NCBI GenBank assembly: GCA_005888635.1 | Contig: VBAW01000025.1 | Location: 6,298 to 70,297, forward strand | Origin: Candidatus Bathyarchaeota archaeon | Lineage (GTDB): Archaea; Thermoproteota; Bathyarchaeia; 40CM-2-53-6 | Direction of reading: 5' to 3' | DNA length: 64,000 bases | In this document: in pieces, positions 58,731-64,000 of the stretch | How positions within the stretch are numbered: position 1 is the first letter of the stretch | Layout: every line of letters starts with the position of its first letter | Notes under the pieces: model-generated | What the model was told of the DNA's origin: nothing | What the model saw: only the letters and a program-made list of their open reading frames with translations | Database searches by the model: none | Position numbers and translations under genes: made by a program

Positions 58731-60338
58731 TTACAAGTCTTCTCTACGAGTAATCGCGTCTCCAGCCCTGTTCAGTAGCACGTTGATCGACATTCCGGTG
58801 AAGGCAATCGAGATCAACACCAGGGCGACAGCTAATATCGGAAGCGTGGCGGGTCCCATTATTGCAGCGAGCGCCTCCGAGACCAACACCAGCAGAATAA
58901 TCGGTGAGACCATGATCAAATTGATGATTGTTTGAAAGAGGAACCTCCGGATGTCAGCTAGCTCTTGTGCCTGAGACGACAAGATATCATCCGCGGAGCT
59001 CTGACCATATCTTGACGCAAACCACATTCCACCAGCCATTGTGATTCCCGCGATTTCCAATGCTCCTGGAAGTGCCAGCACTACGCCCAGCAACAGCGAC
59101 GGTGAGGACAGCTGGCCTAAGACCAAAGGCACGCCAACCGCGACAGTGACCGGTACTAGATAGAACAGCAACGGCGCTACCCGCGCGCGATAAACCTCTT
59201 TCACGTACCTGCGCATGCTGACTGGCGATGATTTCAGGATCCAGAGGCGCTCTTTCTCAATCCAGCGGGACGCTGTCCCGGACCCGAACGATCCGATGAT
59301 GAAGAGGATGAAGAGAAACGAGGTCGGCGAGGACTGGAAAGATCCGGAGAGTGCGTAGATGACTAGGAACCCTGAGAGGAACATGGCGTTGATGAAGAGC
59401 GCCCGGGCTTCTCGGGTCCTGCTGATCAGAATCTTCTCCTTCAGCCGCACTATCGACCAGATCGATTTCCCGCGCGGGTCCAGCCGTGAGGTTTGGTTCG
59501 GGTGGTCGAATTTTTCCCCGCCTGGCGTTGAGACTTCGAGAAGTTCGTAGAAGTGTCCGCGTGCCATCCGTACCCCGAGAACCAGGAATCCTCCAAGCCA
59601 AGCAAACAGCAACAGAAGATCAACGAGATAGTCGAGCCCTCCCGGGGTCCCGCTGACAAGACCAACACTGACAATCGCAGCGAGCCCGTTCGGCAGGATC
59701 CTCGTAACATCGGCGATCTCGACCGGGATTCCGGGAATTAGCAGAGTTATCGGAAGGAGACTAAGAACCAAGACAAGTACGATGAACAGGTTTCTCCAGA
59801 GTTTCTTTCGCTCACCGATCCCGCGCCCTAGCGAGAGCGTGATGTCCGCGGCAAGAAGCAATCCGATTACTAGGAAGACGAGAGTTACGAGCCCGGCCAG
59901 AATGGCGGCGGTCATTGGCGTGTGATAGTATGCGGAGAATCGCAGGTAGAGGACGATTATTGGGGGAAAACCGAACAGCACTGTCGTGAGTGAGTTGAGC
60001 AGGACCTTGGCTGCGAAGACTTCCCGTGGTGGCACTGGAGAGGTAAAGACGTAGTCGACATCGCTTGAACTAACAGGCAACCCGCCTCCGTTGAAGCCGC
60101 TCTGTATCAGCCCAACAAGGTAGAGTGCGAGGACGAGACTGCCTGCAACTTCCGAGAGTCCAGTTGTCAAGCCGACCCTGTTCGAGAACGAGAGGTACGT
60201 AGAGCTGCCGAATAGGATGAATATTACAGAGAAAGTTTCTCCGATAATTAGGCCTAGAATTGTGGCTTTGGTAAATCGTCCTTTTACCCAGTATCGGATT
60301 AGGATTCCAACGGTTCCGAGTGGACTTGCAACGCTCAT
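58731..60338 (-). CDS. ABC transporter permease (ABC-2-like, about 12 TM helices)
   Basis: 535 aa, highly hydrophobic. 4-nt overlap with the upstream ATPase gene. Confidence 0.6.
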   Translation of the reverse strand: MSVASPLGTVGILIRYWVKGRFTKATILGLIIGETFSVIFILFGSSTYLSFSNRVGLTTGLSEVAGSLVLALYLVGLIQSGFNGGGLPVSSSDVDYVFTSPVPPREVFAAKVLLNSLTTVLFGFPPIIVLYLRFSAYYHTPMTAAILAGLVTLVFLVIGLLLAADITLSLGRGIGERKKLWRNLFIVLVLVLSLLPITLLIPGIPVEIADVTRILPNGLAAIVSVGLVSGTPGGLDYLVDLLLLFAWLGGFLVLGVRMARGHFYELLEVSTPGGEKFDHPNQTSRLDPRGKSIWSIVRLKEKILISRTREARALFINAMFLSGFLVIYALSGSFQSSPTSFLFILFIIGSFGSGTASRWIEKERLWILKSSPVSMRRYVKEVYRARVAPLLFYLVPVTVAVGVPLVLGQLSSPSLLLGVVLALPGALEIAGITMAGGMWFASRYGQSSADDILSSQAQELADIRRFLFQTIINLIMVSPIILLVLVSEALAAIMGPATLPILAVALVLISIAFTGMSINVLLNRAGDAITRREDL

Positions 60339-61129
60339 CTTCGAGCCGGGTCCTCGCCCTTCTCTTCAGTCAACCGCAGGAACACGTCTTCTAGTCTCGC
60401 ATCGCTTGTAGTATTCGCCATATGCCGAAGACTCTCAATATCGCCCACCGCCACGATCTTCCCATGGTCAATGATCGCAATCCTTCCTGCGTGGGTCTGA
60501 GCCACATCGAGATCATGAGTTGACAGTATCGTAGTGACGCCTCTCGCCGTCTGTCCACCGATCCAGTCCTTGACCGAGACGCGAGTCTTCGGATCTAATG
60601 CTGTCAACGGCTCATCCAACACTAGAAGCTGGGGATTGTGCAGACTCGTAGCAATTAGCGCCACTTTCTGCTTCATCCCTTTTGATAGGGTTCCGACCAG
60701 ACTATTCCGTTTCTCCTCCAAGCCGAAGCTCTTGAGCAACTCGGAAATCTCCCGGTCGAGAAGATCATCGGGGACTCCTCGAATCTTCCCTACAAACTGC
60801 AGAAACTCTAGCGTAGTGAGCCCTGTGTAGAGACTCGGGTTCTCCGGCAAGTATCCAATCATCTTCTTCGCCTTCTCAGGATCCGCGACAATGTCTATGG
60901 CTCCGATTCTGATCGTCCCGGTTGTCGGTCTAAGGATTCCTACCAGAGTCTTCAGAAGAGTGCTCTTGCCCGCTCCATTGGGTCCAAGCAGGCCGAAGAC
61001 TTCGCCTGAAGCTATCTTGAGTGAGACGTCGTCGAGAGCCACGAGGGTTCCATAATGTTTCGTAAGGTTCTCGATGGATATCTCGACCATGTTCGTCGAC
61101 CCTTTCTGGAAGACCGATGAGCAAGACAT
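60335..61129 (-). CDS. ABC transporter ATP-binding protein
   Basis: 264 aa. Walker A GPNGAGKST, signature LSKGMKQKV, Walker B LLVLDEPLTALD, H-loop STHDLD. Confidence 0.9.
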   Translation of the reverse strand: MSCSSVFQKGSTNMVEISIENLTKHYGTLVALDDVSLKIASGEVFGLLGPNGAGKSTLLKTLVGILRPTTGTIRIGAIDIVADPEKAKKMIGYLPENPSLYTGLTTLEFLQFVGKIRGVPDDLLDREISELLKSFGLEEKRNSLVGTLSKGMKQKVALIATSLHNPQLLVLDEPLTALDPKTRVSVKDWIGGQTARGVTTILSTHDLDVAQTHAGRIAIIDHGKIVAVGDIESLRHMANTTSDARLEDVFLRLTEEKGEDPARR

Positions 61130-61272
61130 CTAGCGATACTTAACGACCAGCTCGACGCATCAAGAAACCCACCTTCGTCCAAGAAGCTAGGTCCCCATCA
61201 TTACTGACACTGACTTTCCAATAAGACAGGGAAAGAAAAAGAGGAGAGTGTAATTCTTGATCGGACGATAGT

Positions 61273-61647
61273 CTATTGGTGAATCAGTCCGTGACCAGTG
61301 CTCTGGCCGCTGAAGCTCTCGTGGCCCCGGTGAAGCGCGTCGTAGTGGACGCCGCAGAAGCTCTTGCCGCAGCTGTTGCAGAACTCTGTCGCCCGCTCAG
61401 TGCAACGGTTGCTCGTCGCCATTGTCTCGTCGAACGAGCCGAACCCACCAGTTTCCATCTCTTCGCAAGTCTTGGTCTTCAGGCTCTCATGAGCACCATG
61501 CTCATGGGTTGGACTCCCGAAAGTGGTCGGCTGATGCGCTGGGGTTGGATGAGTGCTCGTAGTAGTGTGCGGATTCGGATGGGGCGTACCAGTGTGATGC
61601 TCTGGATTGGTATGCGCGTTGTTCTTGGGCTTCGTCTTGGATTTCAT
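61273..61647 (-). CDS. Small Cys5His3-motif protein with a His/Thr/Pro-rich N-terminal tail (paralog A)
   Basis: 124 aa. The C-terminal block KTCEEMETGGFGSFDE...RCTERATEFCNSCGKSFCGVHYDALHRGHES is shared with ORF 62921..63292. Confidence 0.5.
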   Translation of the reverse strand: MKSKTKPKNNAHTNPEHHTGTPHPNPHTTTSTHPTPAHQPTTFGSPTHEHGAHESLKTKTCEEMETGGFGSFDETMATSNRCTERATEFCNSCGKSFCGVHYDALHRGHESFSGQSTGHGLIHQ

Positions 61648-61867
61648 GTCGACTCATCAACGAAAAATTCACGGCCGGTCATAGTCTATTTCTAACCCAC
61701 ACTCTTCGAGCCCAGTAACAACCGACCCCCTAGATGCTGATAGTGAGCAGTCTCCCGATCCTCACAAGTCTTAAATCGAAATGTTTCGCGAGCCGAGTTT
61801 CAGGCGCGTGAGTGGGGCCTCCCACCCGTTGCGCCTCGCAAGAAAAACCCCGGAGTAGGGAGGCAAA

Positions 61868-62572
61868 ATGATCAGACCAGAAAATAGAAGACCATGGGTT
61901 CCTAAAACCGCTGAACTCAGTCTGACCGCCGGCCTCGCGGCCATCTATACTATCACAACCTATCTCCCGCTGAGCAAGTTCATTGGCGGACCTGGATTTA
62001 TCACCCTCGAAATCGTCATGCTCCCAATAATCGCCGCACTGTTGAGACCACCCCTAGCCTCTGCAGCGGTCTTCGTGGGCAGTCTCGTAGGGGCGCTGGG
62101 ACAGTCCAGTTTCACGTTTGTTTTTGGACCTTTAGGGCTTCTCATCCCGTTGATTGCAGTTGCGACCGGAAGCATTGCTTTCCACTACCGCCTTGGACCC
62201 GTGGTCGCTTGCCTCTATGTCATAGCTGGCGCAGTTTACTACGTCGTGCTATCCGGGGGCGGAACGCTTTTCTGGCTTGTTCCGTACTTTCTGGTAATAG
62301 TCTCCCTTCCCGTGACTTTCAGGATTCGGGACAATCCTCGCATAGGATTACTCTCTTTCTACACTGCCATGGCCGAGCAGGTCACTCTGAACATCTTGAG
62401 CATCAGTATTCTGGGCTTGACGGGGCCATTCTGGCTCGGCGTTACACCGTTGATGTATGGAGAGAGAACGCTTGCGACGATAGGTGGAGCGGCAGGAATC
62501 GTTGCCCTTAAATCGGGACTTGGAGGCAGACTCGACCTAATAGAGCGGTCGCCGAGGGAGGTGAGACAGTAG
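61868..62572 (+). CDS. Polytopic membrane protein (about 6 TM; ECF S-component-like topology, tentative)
   Basis: 234 aa. Six hydrophobic helices with short loops. Immediately followed (3-nt gap) by a zinc-ribbon ORF. Confidence 0.45.
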   Translation: MIRPENRRPWVPKTAELSLTAGLAAIYTITTYLPLSKFIGGPGFITLEIVMLPIIAALLRPPLASAAVFVGSLVGALGQSSFTFVFGPLGLLIPLIAVATGSIAFHYRLGPVVACLYVIAGAVYYVVLSGGGTLFWLVPYFLVIVSLPVTFRIRDNPRIGLLSFYTAMAEQVTLNILSISILGLTGPFWLGVTPLMYGERTLATIGGAAGIVALKSGLGGRLDLIERSPREVRQ

Positions 62573-62574
62573 AA

Positions 62575-62775
62575 ATGTGTGTTACACCAGTCGTAAAATG
62601 CTGGCATTGTGGAGAATGGTTCGTCAAGAAATCCAACAGAGAGAGCTTCGAGGCATGTCCGAGCTGCGGAAAGGGCTTCGAACAACTCAGCCCTGAGGCA
62701 CAACGGGCCGTGAAGGCTACGCTAGCGCCATTCTTCGAAGTACCTAGGCTGAAGGCAGAAAATATCGCAGCCTAG
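62575..62775 (+). CDS. Small zinc-ribbon protein
   Basis: 66 aa. CWHCG...CPSCG (CxxC-x16-CxxC). Confidence 0.45.
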   Translation: MCVTPVVKCWHCGEWFVKKSNRESFEACPSCGKGFEQLSPEAQRAVKATLAPFFEVPRLKAENIAA

Positions 62776-62920
62776 GTTGCCTCCATTTTTTGAACTAGCA
62801 AAAACTCAACCATTTTCCACTTGTTTTACGAGGCACGTCGGCAGGACTGTTACCAGATTTTCAACGCATGGGTTAGGTGTGGAATTTGACCAACCATGAG
62901 CCTCTTAACACTCGGTTCTA

Positions 62921-63292
62921 ATGAAGTCGAAGAAGAAAGCTAAGACCCGTTCAAAATCTAAACCTCGTGCCAAATCGAAGGCGCACACAAAGAGCAAGAC
63001 TCATGCTCGCACCGGGACAAAGGAGGCTCATCCAGCCATCGTCGAATCGATTCCTAGCCCGAATGTCACTCTCAATCCTGCACTGAAGACGTGTCAGGAG
63101 GTAGAAGTCGGCGACATCGGCGGATTCGGCAGTCCAGATGAACTGGAGGAGCATGAGAAACGTTGCGCCGAGCCAGCCACAGAGTTCTGCAGCAACTGCG
63201 GCAAGAACCTGTGCCGCAACCATTACGATCTGATCCATAGAGACCACGATAGTAGCGGACACTCCACCAGCTCCAACATGACGCAGCAGTAG
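62921..63292 (+). CDS. Small Cys5His3-motif protein with a Lys/Ser-rich N-terminal tail (paralog B)
   Basis: 123 aa. The C-terminal block KTCQEVEVGDIGGFGSPDE...RCAEPATEFCSNCGKNLCRNHYDLIHRDHDS is colinear with paralog A. Confidence 0.5.
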   Translation: MKSKKKAKTRSKSKPRAKSKAHTKSKTHARTGTKEAHPAIVESIPSPNVTLNPALKTCQEVEVGDIGGFGSPDELEEHEKRCAEPATEFCSNCGKNLCRNHYDLIHRDHDSSGHSTSSNMTQQ

Positions 63293-63592
63293 AAAGACCC
63301 CAGGGCAAACCCTGAGAGTCCCCTGTGAAACGCCCTAGAATCCGCTTAGGATCAAAAACCTGAGCATAGTCATGCTAATCCTCTGAGATCAGGGACGACA
63401 ATCCAGCCGTCGAGTCTAACATCATCCCGTAAAATCTTTAATGGTCCAGAATTCAAGAATATTTCTAGAATCGACCCATCCTTGCGTGACAGATCCGGCT
63501 GGATCTTATTTCCGGTTCTAGGCTAACGGCCAGAATCTTCTTTTCTCGTTAGTTGGGCCGCAACAACTAGGGAGTAGTGACGGTGCCCAGTC

Positions 63593-63985
63593 TCAGTTGT
63601 TTCTCGTCTTCGCCGCTGTCTGGACCGCGAGCTGCTTTAGGAATCTCGTTCCAACGGGGTCCGTCGCAGCCCGAGTCTTGCTTGTAAACGGAGAGTCCGG
63701 CACCCGGGCATACATCATCATGTACGGCGCCATCGCCAAGACAATCTTGCTCTCCGCCTTCCGAATATGCTCCTCAAGCGTGCTGCGCGGCGTTCCCAGC
63801 TTGCCAGCCAATTCATCCGCGGTTGTCCGTTTCGGAATCTCGTAGTATCCTCCCTCGATCGCAGCCAAAAGCGCCTTCATCTGCTTCTCAGTCAAATTCC
63901 CGAACAGACTGCTTAGTGACAGTAGGAAAGCGTCGTCGGTCATGCCTTCAGCAGATCCCTTGTGCAAGACCTCCGTCTTCCCCAC
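63593..63985 (-). CDS. HTH_10 (bat-type helix-turn-helix) domain transcriptional regulator; may extend beyond the window end
   Basis: C-terminal LTEKQMKALLAAIEGGYYEIPKRTTADELAGKLGTPRSTLEEHIRKAESKIV is the archaeal bacterio-opsin-activator-type HTH. Confidence 0.55.
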   Translation of the reverse strand: MGKTEVLHKGSAEGMTDDAFLLSLSSLFGNLTEKQMKALLAAIEGGYYEIPKRTTADELAGKLGTPRSTLEEHIRKAESKIVLAMAPYMMMYARVPDSPFTSKTRAATDPVGTRFLKQLAVQTAAKTRNN

Positions 63986-64000
63986 TTTGTCCAGGCCCTT

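Noticed and set aside
1-64000. CRISPR array, rRNA, integrase/transposase or other mobile-element signatures
   Set aside because: No direct-repeat/spacer periodicity, no rRNA-like conserved stretches, no recombinase-like ORFs and no flanking tRNA-like sequence. The window looks like core/accessory chromosome rather than a mobile island.

Overview
The window reads as a gene-dense archaeal chromosomal segment (about 52-55% GC). Archaeal signatures are CDP-archaeol synthase (CarS), RadB, a Clp1-type polynucleotide kinase, a PAC2-family proteasome assembly chaperone and a bat-type HTH_10 regulator. I could not place the lineage.

Content is mostly housekeeping and accessory metabolism:
- an iron/oxidative-stress neighbourhood: ferritin-like/VIT1 iron transporter, Rieske ferredoxin, sufD, sufB (no sufC), and a divergent Fe/Mn SOD
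- an MBL hydrolase and a PfkB kinase
- tandem Yip1-like membrane paralogs
- an HD phosphohydrolase
- a PAC2 / Clp1 / RadB / CarS cluster
- a TldD/PmbA pair in which TldD carries an N-terminal PAP2-like membrane domain
- a Cys/Met PLP enzyme, MFS transporters, ornithine cyclodeaminase and aldo/keto reductases
- a secreted BNR-repeat protein
- a trehalose locus: GH15 hydrolase convergent with a TPS-TPP fusion
- an RDD protein and a 950-aa MFS::DUF885 fusion ORF
- a redox island: thioredoxin, AKR, peroxiredoxin, DsbA-like
- a sequon-rich surface glycoprotein
- a partial trp operon (trpD-C-B-A) headed by a DhnA-type aldolase
- assorted hydrolases, GNATs and methyltransferases
- an ABC-2 transporter

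Near the 3' end is the most unusual locus: two divergently oriented paralogous small Cys5His3 proteins with low-complexity His-rich or Lys-rich N-termini, flanking a polytopic membrane protein and a zinc-ribbon protein. I found no rRNA, CRISPR array or mobile element, and no tRNA that I could detect by eye. Three genes look frameshifted (a SHOCT membrane protein, an NAD-epimerase, a secreted protein). A 17-nt C7-T-C3-N-G5 motif recurs in two intergenic regions.
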